Shown one piece after another: positions 10,041-18,217 of a stretch of 45,202 nt of DNA; position 1 is the stretch's first letter; every line of letters begins with the position of its first letter. Origin of the DNA: an uncultured Akkermansia sp. GTDB lineage: Bacteria; Verrucomicrobiota; Verrucomicrobiia; Verrucomicrobiales; Akkermansiaceae. Under the pieces are notes generated by a model. That model was not told where the DNA came from. It worked only from the letters and a program-made list of their open reading frames with translations, and did no database searches. Location: the NCBI GenBank assembly GCA_964611765.1, contig CAZTAX010000002.1, positions 2,472 to 47,673 on the forward strand, read 5' to 3'. Both the position numbers and the translations under genes were made by a program.

Positions 10041-10379
10041 TTTGAAGCTGCAATACGAGATTTGGATGCTCGTCTCGCTCTGTTGCGCTCCGGGGTCGAG
10101 GGTTCCTTGCTGGGGCGCCAGCGGGGTAATCTGCTGAATATGGCGGAGCCCGGTGCCTGTGCCAATCTGGGCAAGGCGCCCGCGGGTTATATAGACCATG
10201 TGGATTTCGGGTTGTACACAGATATTTCACTGCGAACCTTTCATGGCATCGGGCTTTTTGCTCTGGTGGTGTATCTCATTCTCTGGCCGCTGCTGGGGCT
10301 GGCTGTTGGCAGCTCAGCGCTTCGCGGCCTGACGGTGGGTGGGGCATCCTGCTGTTGGGGTGTCTCTGTATCGCGGTGA
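10041..10379 (+). pseudogene. Probable detached C-terminal part (with TM segment) of the Sel1 gene
   Basis: Same frame as the Sel1 CDS; AAEQ*FEAAIRDL matches the repeat-closing AAEQGVPQAQYNL; later hydrophobic stretch GIGLFALVVYLILWPLLGLAVG. Confidence 0.55.
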
Positions 10380-10442
10380 TTCCGTGAAAATATTTCGTTT
10401 CGCTGTTGACTTGGCGGGGATAAGCTGATAAAAGAGCAGGAA

Positions 10443-10943
10443 ATGAGCGGAGAAGAAAAGATTTCAGAAAATCAGGAACGGAGCACCCGTTTGCAGCCCG
10501 GCTCGCTGTGGATGGCAGGTGCTGTGGTGGTCGGCTGTGCGTTGCTGGTGTTCTCCATTATGGATGACGGCTGGCAGAAGGAGGAGCAGGAGCCTGCGAT
10601 GCCGACGGAGGCTCCGGTGGCGCTTCCGTCAACTGAGACGATTTCCCTGCAGGAGGGCCAGCAGTGGACGGCTATTCTTACCAGCCAGGCGGGCACCGGT
10701 TACATATGGCAGCTGGGGGAGGAGATAGCTGCTGATTCCCCTGTGTCGGTCACCTTGTCCGGCGTGGAACACGATGAGTCGAACTGCTGTGGCTTCCCCG
10801 TGCCGGTGACCCTCACTATCACGGCTCAGAAACCGGGGACAGCAGAGGTGCACCTGGTCTACGTGCGCCCGTGGGAGAAATCCGCGCCTCCTGCCAAACA
10901 GGAGATCTACAAGGTGAATGTGTCTGCTCCCGCCGATAAATAA
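10443..10943 (+). CDS. Chagasin/I42-family cysteine protease inhibitor-like, N-terminally anchored
   Basis: N-terminal TM; QAGTGYIW (NPTTGYxW equivalent) and VYVRPWE. Confidence 0.75.
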   Translation: MSGEEKISENQERSTRLQPGSLWMAGAVVVGCALLVFSIMDDGWQKEEQEPAMPTEAPVALPSTETISLQEGQQWTAILTSQAGTGYIWQLGEEIAADSPVSVTLSGVEHDESNCCGFPVPVTLTITAQKPGTAEVHLVYVRPWEKSAPPAKQEIYKVNVSAPADK

Positions 10944-10971
10944 CTCTTACAGCCCGGATACAACAGGAGAA

Positions 10972-11358
10972 ATGAATAAATCAACAGCTTTTATGATGGC
11001 CTCCATGGCTGCTTTGCCTGTGCTGGCAGCAGAGGTACCGAATGACCCCATTCCGGTGAACCTGCTGGTGGGGCAGAAGGTCAGCGTCCTTCTGGATGGA
11101 AATCCCACCACAGGTTTCAGCTGGATGCTGGCTGAAGAGTTGCCTGCTGATTCCCCGGTGAAGGTGGAGCTTTCCCTCGTAGAGAGAACGTGTGATGGTA
11201 TTTCCTGCGGTGCACCCACTCCGACCTGCCTCACTATCTGCGGCGTGAAAACGGGTAAGACCATGGTGCGGGTGGTTTACCGCCGCCATTGGGAGAAGGG
11301 CAAACCTAACGCTGCGGAGAAGTGTTTCTCTGTAACTGTATCGCCCGCCGGAAAGTAA
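10972..11358 (+). CDS. Chagasin/I42-family cysteine protease inhibitor, secreted
   Basis: AGGAG RBS at 10965-10969, signal peptide, GNPTTGFSW, CGAP loop, YRRHWE. Confidence 0.82.
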   Translation: MNKSTAFMMASMAALPVLAAEVPNDPIPVNLLVGQKVSVLLDGNPTTGFSWMLAEELPADSPVKVELSLVERTCDGISCGAPTPTCLTICGVKTGKTMVRVVYRRHWEKGKPNAAEKCFSVTVSPAGK

Positions 11359-11366
11359 GCGGCAGC

Positions 11367-12185
11367 TTAACTGCCGCTGGTTTTCAGGATGGTGCGGATG
11401 GGGAAGGGAATGTTGATATTCTCCTTCGCAAAGGCATCCAGAATCGCCTTGCCGAAGGCGAAACGAGCCTTGTGGTAATCCTCGGTCTTGCACCAGGCCC
11501 CCACATGCAGATTCAGGGCGCTGTCGCCGAACCCGACAAACAGCACCGCGGGAACCGGATCGGTAGCCAGCAGGGGCTGCTCCTCAATCACTTTCAGGAT
11601 TACCTGCCGCACATGCTCCAGGTCGCTGGAGTAATCCACACCCAGGTCAAAATCGCAGCGGCGCAGGGTATCGCCGGTCATGTTCACCACGGGGTCCTTC
11701 ACCAGGGTTTCGCAGGGGATGCGCACGCGTGAATTATCCGTCTGCCGCAGGGTGACGGAGAGCAGGTTTACGCTTTCCACCGTGCCGGCCATGCCGCCGG
11801 CGCTGATGTAGTCGCCCAGGCGGATGCTGCGCTCGCTCATGATGAAGATGCCGCTGATGAGGTTGCTGAGCACAGTCTGCGCGGCAAAGCCGATGGCGAT
11901 ACCGGCCACGCCCGCCGCCCCCAGCACGCTGATGAGGTCCACCCCCACCGCGCGCAAGGCATGCACCACCACAAACACCCAGAGCAGGGTGAGCAGCGCC
12001 TTCTCCACCAGCGCGCCCACCTGGCGGGGCAAGCGGCGGTTCACCGGCAGGAAAATGCGCTTCAGAATCATGCTCAGCAGCATGCCCGCCACCAGCGTGA
12101 ACACAAACACCACCCAGCCCTGGGTAATCATGAAATCCCACACTTCGCCCGTATCCAGCCAGTCAACCTTTTTCCATTTCTCCAT
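11367..12185 (-). CDS. mscS: Small-conductance mechanosensitive channel family protein
   Basis: GVAGIAIGFAAQTVLSNLISG, IRLGDYI, GTVESVN, FGDSALN, INIPFP; start chosen from promoter position. Confidence 0.88.
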   Translation of the reverse strand: MEKWKKVDWLDTGEVWDFMITQGWVVFVFTLVAGMLLSMILKRIFLPVNRRLPRQVGALVEKALLTLLWVFVVVHALRAVGVDLISVLGAAGVAGIAIGFAAQTVLSNLISGIFIMSERSIRLGDYISAGGMAGTVESVNLLSVTLRQTDNSRVRIPCETLVKDPVVNMTGDTLRRCDFDLGVDYSSDLEHVRQVILKVIEEQPLLATDPVPAVLFVGFGDSALNLHVGAWCKTEDYHKARFAFGKAILDAFAKENINIPFPIRTILKTSGS

Positions 12186-12360
12186 GACCGTATCATAGCA
12201 CGCCTGCTGCCCCTGCGCCAGTACGAAATTCAAACAAGTGCAGGTTTGCACATGTGCCCTCGATAAATTGGAAGTTGTGGGGAAACTTTGTCAAACATCA
12301 ATTTTATTATTCCAGCCTGTTTGTTCTTGCGTTTCGCTTCTGCTGGTATAGAATCGGCTT

Positions 12361-13341
12361 ATGCTGAGGCGTCTTATTCATTTTGTGGCCGGGCTGTTGC
12401 TGGGGTTGATAGCCTTGTTTCTCTTTGGTATAGGCGCGGGAGTGGTTATTGATGCCGTGAAATACCACGTGTTGCCTGTGGTGTTGCATGTGGCTTCCAG
12501 CCAGATGACTGAGCTGGAGAACCCGGCTGAGGTGGATCCGGCTCTGGAGGGTGAAATAGTGGAAATTGTGCGTACCCCGGTGCGGTGTGATGCCGTGCTG
12601 GAGGATGAAGCTTTCGGGGTGAGTGTCAGGGCTGCTGCGTTGAGGCGCTACTGGGTGCCCGGCGAGGGAAACAGGGAATCCTGCCCTGATGAGGTCGATG
12701 GCTTTGCCATGCGCTATGAGACTGCAGCCCCGGAGTTCCGGATGGGCCCATACCGCATCATTGGCGAACAAGCCATGAAATTATGGCGCGGAAAACCGCT
12801 TGCCGCACAGTCTCCGCGTATGCCGGAAACATTGGCACCCTACATGAGGGAAGGGGAAACGTATCGCATCTACCTGCCGGAAGCCGGGGAGCAGATGCTC
12901 GTCCATTCCGCGGTGGAGGATGGTACTCCTTATAGCTTTATCGGTCGGCAGGTGGGCGATACCCTCGTACACGATGCAGATGCTGCCCGCATGGCGTACC
13001 TGATCCAGTGGTGGCGGGCTCCGGGTAAGGTGTGGGAGAATGTGTGGAGCTCGCTGCCTGGGCTGACGTATGCCTGTTTGTTATTTGCCGGTGCGGCCTT
13101 GCTGCTGCGGCTGGGGGTGCGCATGCTGTTCGGCGGGTTCGAGCTGTACCGCGTATCTTTCCTCTGGCCGACAGCGGTAACCCTGTGCGGTACGCTGGCC
13201 GCGGAGATTTGTTTTGCTGCCGGAAATCGCGCGGGCGTTTCCGGGGGGCAGGCATGGGGAAATGCCATTTTTCTTGTGACTCTGGCTGTGCTGGTCGGTT
13301 TGTGCCTGATTCGCAGCAGAATTACAGCACCAGGGCCATGA
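12361..13341 (+). CDS. Membrane protein, TMEM43/LUMA-like (tentative)
   Basis: N-terminal TM, soluble domain with VDPALEGEIV...LEDEAFGVSV...ALRR and FIGRQVGDTL, three C-terminal TMs. Confidence 0.55.
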   Translation: MLRRLIHFVAGLLLGLIALFLFGIGAGVVIDAVKYHVLPVVLHVASSQMTELENPAEVDPALEGEIVEIVRTPVRCDAVLEDEAFGVSVRAAALRRYWVPGEGNRESCPDEVDGFAMRYETAAPEFRMGPYRIIGEQAMKLWRGKPLAAQSPRMPETLAPYMREGETYRIYLPEAGEQMLVHSAVEDGTPYSFIGRQVGDTLVHDADAARMAYLIQWWRAPGKVWENVWSSLPGLTYACLLFAGAALLLRLGVRMLFGGFELYRVSFLWPTAVTLCGTLAAEICFAAGNRAGVSGGQAWGNAIFLVTLAVLVGLCLIRSRITAPGP

Positions 13342-14125
13342 TGAGCATGCCCGCAGCCACACCGTAGATGCTCAGGTGGTGGTGGCCCCAGCGCTCGGCC
13401 ATGGGCAGCAGTTCGTCAAAGGAGATGTAGACCATGATGCCGGCCACCACGGCGAAGAGCACCGCCAGCAGGGTGGGACTCAGGAAAGGGAGCAGAAGCA
13501 GCATGCCTATCATGGCTCCCAGCGGCTCTGCCAGACCGGAAAGCGTGGCCCAGCCGAAGGCCTTGCGGCGGTCGCCGGTGCCATAGAGCAGGGGAAGAGC
13601 CACGGCGATGCCTTCCGGTACGTTGTGAATAGCCACGGCCAGGGCCACCGAGGTGGCGATGCCGGTGTTATCGAAGGCGGAGGCCACGGTGGCAATGCCT
13701 TCCGGGAAGTTGTGGATGGCGATGGCCAGGGTGAAGAGCAGGGCAGAACGGCGCAGTTTGGCGTTGCCGGCAAACTCGCCCGTGGCTTTTACCGCATCCA
13801 TGCTGCCGGGGTCGGGAATTTCGTGCGGGTTCTCGTCTTCGGGAATCAGACGGTCGATGACACAGGCCAGGGCCATGCCGCCGAAAAAGGCCAGCGTGGT
13901 AACCAGCTTCACATTATCGGTGAGCATTCCGGCTGCTGCCGGCATGAGCTCCATGAAGGAGATGTACACCATCACTCCCGCACTGGTGCCCAGGGCAAAG
14001 GTGAGCATGCGCGTATCCGTACGCTTCACGAAGAGCGCCAGTGCCGCGCCGATACCCGTGCTCAGACCTGCCAGCAGGGAAAGCACCATGCCCAGCAGCA
14101 GATTGTCCTGTATGCCCGTCAACAT
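13322..14125 (-). CDS. zupT: ZIP-family zinc transporter ZupT
   Basis: SAGVMVYISFMEL, ENPHE, AIAIHNFPEG, HNVPEG, SGLAEPLG, ISFDELLP. Confidence 0.93.
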   Translation of the reverse strand: MLTGIQDNLLLGMVLSLLAGLSTGIGAALALFVKRTDTRMLTFALGTSAGVMVYISFMELMPAAAGMLTDNVKLVTTLAFFGGMALACVIDRLIPEDENPHEIPDPGSMDAVKATGEFAGNAKLRRSALLFTLAIAIHNFPEGIATVASAFDNTGIATSVALAVAIHNVPEGIAVALPLLYGTGDRRKAFGWATLSGLAEPLGAMIGMLLLLPFLSPTLLAVLFAVVAGIMVYISFDELLPMAERWGHHHLSIYGVAAGMLIMALVL

Positions 14126-14131
14126 GCGCGG

Positions 14132-14160
14132 AGTTTAGCGGTTTTCTCGCCGCTTGTCAA
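14132..14160 (-). promoter_or_regulatory. Sigma70-type promoter of zupT (leaderless)
   Basis: TTGACA-17 nt-TAAACT on the minus strand, 6 nt before ATG 14125. Confidence 0.7.
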
Positions 14161-14181
14161 CGATAATGCTATCACTTCCCA

Positions 14182-14529
14182 TCATACTGTAACTGCCATG
14201 GGTTCGGCGTCTGTTTTGTGGCTGTTCCACATGCGCCGGGTTCTGGTCATTGCCTTGCCATCTGCTGAAATTGTGTACACAAAGGTGTAGAAGTGGCTTA
14301 CACCGTCGCGGCAGATGGGCGGCATGCAGCATTCAATCACCAGACACCGTGCGGTGGTATCCCAGTAGGGTGCGCGGGCCTTGCGGTCGAAACGGGAGAT
14401 GGTTTTGCCTACGGCCGGTTTCTTCTGGTAACCGGCAGGCAGGGGAAGGGGGATGGCATTGCGCTGGTATTCCCAGGCATGCGCGGTGCCGGCCAGCAGC
14501 AGGGAGAGAGTGAGTAGCAGGAGCTTCAT
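14182..14529 (-). CDS. Small secreted hypothetical protein
   Basis: Signal peptide MKLLLLTLSLLLAGTAHA; no recognised domain. Confidence 0.65.
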   Translation of the reverse strand: MKLLLLTLSLLLAGTAHAWEYQRNAIPLPLPAGYQKKPAVGKTISRFDRKARAPYWDTTARCLVIECCMPPICRDGVSHFYTFVYTISADGKAMTRTRRMWNSHKTDAEPMAVTV

Positions 14530-14650
14530 GAGAGATGATGATTATCAGGGAAAACTGTTTGTTCAAGATATTCCGCAGGAAAGTTGCGTGAATGGTAACA
14601 TTTGTGCTCGCCACGGCGGGGGAAAAGTGGTAGAGTAGGCGGTAACCGCC

Positions 14651-16057
14651 ATGAGTGATTCTACTTACATCTATGACAATGTTGGTGAGTACCTGAAGCT
14701 GGGTAAAACCATCTACAGCCCCACTATGTATCTGGGGCCGGGGCTTCAGCCGTACTGGATGCAGGCCGGGGCCTATACTCCCGTAGCTGATACTGCCGGG
14801 GTGCTGAGTGCCGACGATACAAACAAGCTGGTGGAAAGCTGCACCACCCCTGAGCAGCGCGCCGAACTGGAAGAGAAGGGCACGGTTGATTTCATCGCAG
14901 ATGGCCCCTGCGGCAAGTACCACGCCTATATCTATGCCCAGGCCGAGGGCCCGCTGCTGATTCTGCTTTCCCTGCATGTGGATGACTTCCTGAAGCAGGG
15001 TATTGATGCCAAGTGCTCGGATATTCACCTGCCTTCTGCCAACCCGCCCTCGTGGCGCCGCTTCGGCTCCCTGCAGCCCATGTGGGAAGGTGCCCCTGTG
15101 CTGACCCAGGACGACACGCTCGCCCTGGTGAACAGCTTCCTGAAGGAAAAGGAATGGAACCGCCTGAAGGAGGTGGGCGACGTTGACTTTGCCTACCAGA
15201 ACGAGCTGGGCCGTTACCGTACCTCCGTGGTGTCCCAGCGTCTGGGCTACGATATCTGCTACCGCATCATCAACAGCCGCGTGTTCTCCATGCAGGAAAT
15301 CAACCTGCCCACCGAGTATGTGGAGCCGCTGACCCGTTTCACGAACGGTATCATCCTGGTGACCGGTTCCGTGGGATCCGGTAAGTCCACCACGCTGGCT
15401 TCCATCATCGATTTCATCAACAGCGACCGCCACGACCACATCATCACCATGGAAGACCCCATCGAAACCGTGTTCGAATGCAAGGGCTGCCATGTGAACC
15501 AGCGCGAGGTGCACACGCACACCGAATCCTTCGGACGCGCCCTGCGTGGTGCCCTGCGTGAGGACCCGGATGTCATCATGGTGGGTGAAATGCGCAACCT
15601 GGAGACCATTTCGCTGGCACTCTCCGCAGCAGAAACCGGTCACCTGGTGCTCGGCACTCTGCACACCGGTTCCGCTGCCCGCACCATTGACCGTATTCTG
15701 GATGCCTTCCCCGTGGAAGAGCAGGATCACATCCGCGTGATGGTGTCCGAATCTCTGCGTGGCATCTTCTCCCAGCAGCTGGTTCCTAAGAAAGACGGCA
15801 CCGGCCGCGTGATGGCTCTGGAGCTCCTGGTGAACAACGCCGCAGTGGCCAACGCCATCCGCGAAGGCAAGACCTTCATGATTCCCGGCTTCATCCAGAC
15901 CGGCAAGAGCCAGGGTATGCGCCTCATGGACGACTCCCTGCAGCAGCTGTATCTGGACGGCGTCATTGCCGGCGAGGAATGTCTCGGCCGCGCCACTGAC
16001 CGCGTGATGATGGAGAAGTTCCTGAAGGAACACCCCGAGCCCGCCGCTCAGGCCTGA
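14651..16057 (+). CDS. PilT/PilU-family type IV pilus ATPase with duplicated N-terminal domain
   Basis: GSVGSGKST, EDPIE, ALREDPDVIMVGEMR, TGHLVLGTLH, AVANAIRE; extra about 105 aa at N-terminus. Confidence 0.9.
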   Translation: MSDSTYIYDNVGEYLKLGKTIYSPTMYLGPGLQPYWMQAGAYTPVADTAGVLSADDTNKLVESCTTPEQRAELEEKGTVDFIADGPCGKYHAYIYAQAEGPLLILLSLHVDDFLKQGIDAKCSDIHLPSANPPSWRRFGSLQPMWEGAPVLTQDDTLALVNSFLKEKEWNRLKEVGDVDFAYQNELGRYRTSVVSQRLGYDICYRIINSRVFSMQEINLPTEYVEPLTRFTNGIILVTGSVGSGKSTTLASIIDFINSDRHDHIITMEDPIETVFECKGCHVNQREVHTHTESFGRALRGALREDPDVIMVGEMRNLETISLALSAAETGHLVLGTLHTGSAARTIDRILDAFPVEEQDHIRVMVSESLRGIFSQQLVPKKDGTGRVMALELLVNNAAVANAIREGKTFMIPGFIQTGKSQGMRLMDDSLQQLYLDGVIAGEECLGRATDRVMMEKFLKEHPEPAAQA

Positions 16058-16092
16058 GTTTAAACTGAACCCCTTTACCCCTTTTTCTCGAA

Positions 16093-17187
16093 ATGAAGAA
16101 CAAGATTGATGTATTTTTCCAGGCCCTGGTGGACCAGGGTGGTTCTGACCTTCACCTGTCGGAGGGCGAGCCGCCGAAGATTCGCGTGCATGGCGATGTG
16201 ACCGCCATCCGCGAGGAACCGCTCACCCACGAGGAGATGGTGGAGCTCATGGAGCCCATCTGCCCGCCCAAGCTGTGGAAGGAGTACTGCGAAATCGGCG
16301 ATGCTGACTTCGCATACGAAATGGATGAGAAGTCCCGTTTCCGCTGCAACTACATGAAGCAGCAGCGTGGCTATTGCTGCGTGTTCCGTCTCATCCCGAC
16401 CAAGATTCTCACCCTGGAGCAGCTCAATGTGCCGGAGCAGATTAAGCGCTTCGGTGAGATGCGTTCCGGTCTGGTGCTGGTGACTGGCCCCACCGGTTCC
16501 GGTAAATCCACCACTCTGGCAGCTCTTATCGACTACATCAACACGAATTTCTCCCGCCACATCATCACCGTGGAGGAACCCATCGAATTCGTGCACCCCA
16601 GCAAGAAGAGCATCATCACCCAGCGCGAAGTGCCGAATAACTGCCCCACCTTCGCCGATGGTCTGCGCGCTTCCCTGCGTGAGGATGCCGATATCGTGCT
16701 GGTGGGTGAGATGCGCGACCTCGAAACTATCTCCCTCGCCCTTACGGCAGCCGAAACCGGTCTGCTGGTGTTCGGTACGCTGCACACCAACAACGCCCGC
16801 AAGACGGTGGATCGTATCATCGACGTGTTCCCGGCTGAGCAGCAGTCTCAGGCCCGCACCATGCTGGCCGGCTCGCTCCGCGGCGTGGTGGCTCAGCTGC
16901 TCATGAAGCGCTGCGATAAGCCCGGTCGCGTGGCTGTGAACGAAATCCTCTTCGCCACTCCCGCCGTGAGCGCCATTATCCGCGAAGGTGCCACCCAGAA
17001 GCTGGCCGACGTCATCACCGGCGGCAAGGGGATGGGCATGCAGTTTATGGACGATGCTATCTGGCAGAAGCTGCAGCAGGGGCTCGTCTCTGCCGAGGAA
17101 GCCTACATGAAGGCCATCGACAAGGCCCGTTTCAAGAATTTCCTGCCCAAGGAACTTCAGAATATGGCCAACGCCGGCGGCGCATAA
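16093..17187 (+). CDS. pilT: Type IV pilus retraction ATPase
   Basis: GSDLHL, GPTGSGKST, EEPIE, LVGEMRD, GTLHT, AVSAIIRE. Confidence 0.92.
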   Translation: MKNKIDVFFQALVDQGGSDLHLSEGEPPKIRVHGDVTAIREEPLTHEEMVELMEPICPPKLWKEYCEIGDADFAYEMDEKSRFRCNYMKQQRGYCCVFRLIPTKILTLEQLNVPEQIKRFGEMRSGLVLVTGPTGSGKSTTLAALIDYINTNFSRHIITVEEPIEFVHPSKKSIITQREVPNNCPTFADGLRASLREDADIVLVGEMRDLETISLALTAAETGLLVFGTLHTNNARKTVDRIIDVFPAEQQSQARTMLAGSLRGVVAQLLMKRCDKPGRVAVNEILFATPAVSAIIREGATQKLADVITGGKGMGMQFMDDAIWQKLQQGLVSAEEAYMKAIDKARFKNFLPKELQNMANAGGA

Positions 17188-17208
17188 GCCGATTCATATT
17201 CTCATCTC

Positions 17209-17244
17209 CAGCGGGCGGTGCCGGTGTTGCGGCACCGCCCGCTG
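17209..17244. terminator. Strong GC-rich hairpin after pilT
   Basis: 15-bp perfect stem CAGCGGGCGGTGCCG/CGGCACCGCCCGCTG; no U-tract. Confidence 0.5.
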
Positions 17245-17345
17245 CGTGTCCGGAGAAATGGGAGAAAACGCGTCGAGAAAGCCCGGAAGGTGTATTCTCT
17301 CTATGCTTGACAGCGCAATGGCCGCCATGTAGAATCCACCTCGAA

Positions 17346-17774
17346 ATGAACAAGATTTTCACCGTTTCCATGAGCCTGCTGCTGGCGTCCTGCTCATCGC
17401 AGGTGTCCTTTACTACTGATTCTTCTGTGCAGAGCTCCGATATCGGCGTGTTGCGCACGCAGGAATACATGTGCATCGGAAACGAGACTGACCCCATGAT
17501 TTCCTATGTGGGCCCGGTTCAGTTCATTCCCGTGGGGCAGGGACTCCGCGGCAGTGAGAGAAGTGTTACCTTCAAACATGATGCCCGTTTCAGGGAGCAG
17601 CAGGTGAGTTTCACCTATCCCTCAGAAGAAGGCACGGTAAGCAGCACAGTGCGCTTCATCCCGAACCAGGTGGAAGAAGTTATTTTCTCCCGTGCGCACG
17701 GCATTCTGCTCCGGCCGACCGGTGGCGGAGTGCTGCTGCATCCCAGGGCTGAGGCGCGCATGTGCACGGAGTAA
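17346..17774 (+). CDS. Hypothetical lipoprotein
   Basis: MNKIFTVSMSLLLASC lipobox; TTGACA-17-TAGAAT promoter at 17307-17335. Confidence 0.7.
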   Translation: MNKIFTVSMSLLLASCSSQVSFTTDSSVQSSDIGVLRTQEYMCIGNETDPMISYVGPVQFIPVGQGLRGSERSVTFKHDARFREQQVSFTYPSEEGTVSSTVRFIPNQVEEVIFSRAHGILLRPTGGGVLLHPRAEARMCTE

Positions 17775-17779
17775 ACAAA

Positions 17780-17810
17780 ATACCGCTTCTGACCAAATCA
17801 GAAGCGGTAT
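17780..17810 (-). terminator. Intrinsic terminator after ftsH-rsfS
   Basis: 13-bp stem ATACCGCTTCTGA/TCAGAAGCGGTAT, T-rich tail on the minus strand. Confidence 0.7.
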
Positions 17811-17835
17811 GAAAACAGGTGGAGCAGAGGAGTAA

Positions 17836-18195
17836 TCAGGCTTCGGCGCCGTCGTTCCACTCGATGCGGTTTTCCGGTTTCCAGAGTTCCTCCAGTTCGT
17901 AGAATTCGCGGGTTTCACCGGCCATGACGTGCAGCATCACGTCGATGTAGTCGAGCACGCACCACAGGGCGTTCGGAGTGCGCTCGGCATACACGGGGGA
18001 GATTTCATATTTCTCCCACACTTCCTTGTCCACATCACCCATGATGGCGCGGAGGTGCGGCACGGAGGTGGCGGTGCAGACGATGGCGTAGTCCGTGATG
18101 GAGGAGGTACCGCGCAGGTCGTAGATGGCGATATCGGATGCCTTGGCATCGCAAGCCACCTGGGCGCAGGCAAAGGCGAGTTTCTTGCTGTTCAT
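17836..18195 (-). CDS. rsfS: Ribosome silencing factor RsfS (Iojap)
   Basis: KASDIAIYDL, ITDYAIVCTA, WCVLDYIDVMLHVM, REFYELEELW. Confidence 0.92.
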   Translation of the reverse strand: MNSKKLAFACAQVACDAKASDIAIYDLRGTSSITDYAIVCTATSVPHLRAIMGDVDKEVWEKYEISPVYAERTPNALWCVLDYIDVMLHVMAGETREFYELEELWKPENRIEWNDGAEA

Positions 18196-18217
18196 ATTGT
18201 GAGTGTCGGTAAGGGGG

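Noticed and set aside
11358..11378. Hairpin AGCGGCAG/CTGCCGCT between convergent I42 gene and mscS
   Set aside because: Only 8 bp, no U-tract, and overlaps coding sequence; at most a weak terminator.
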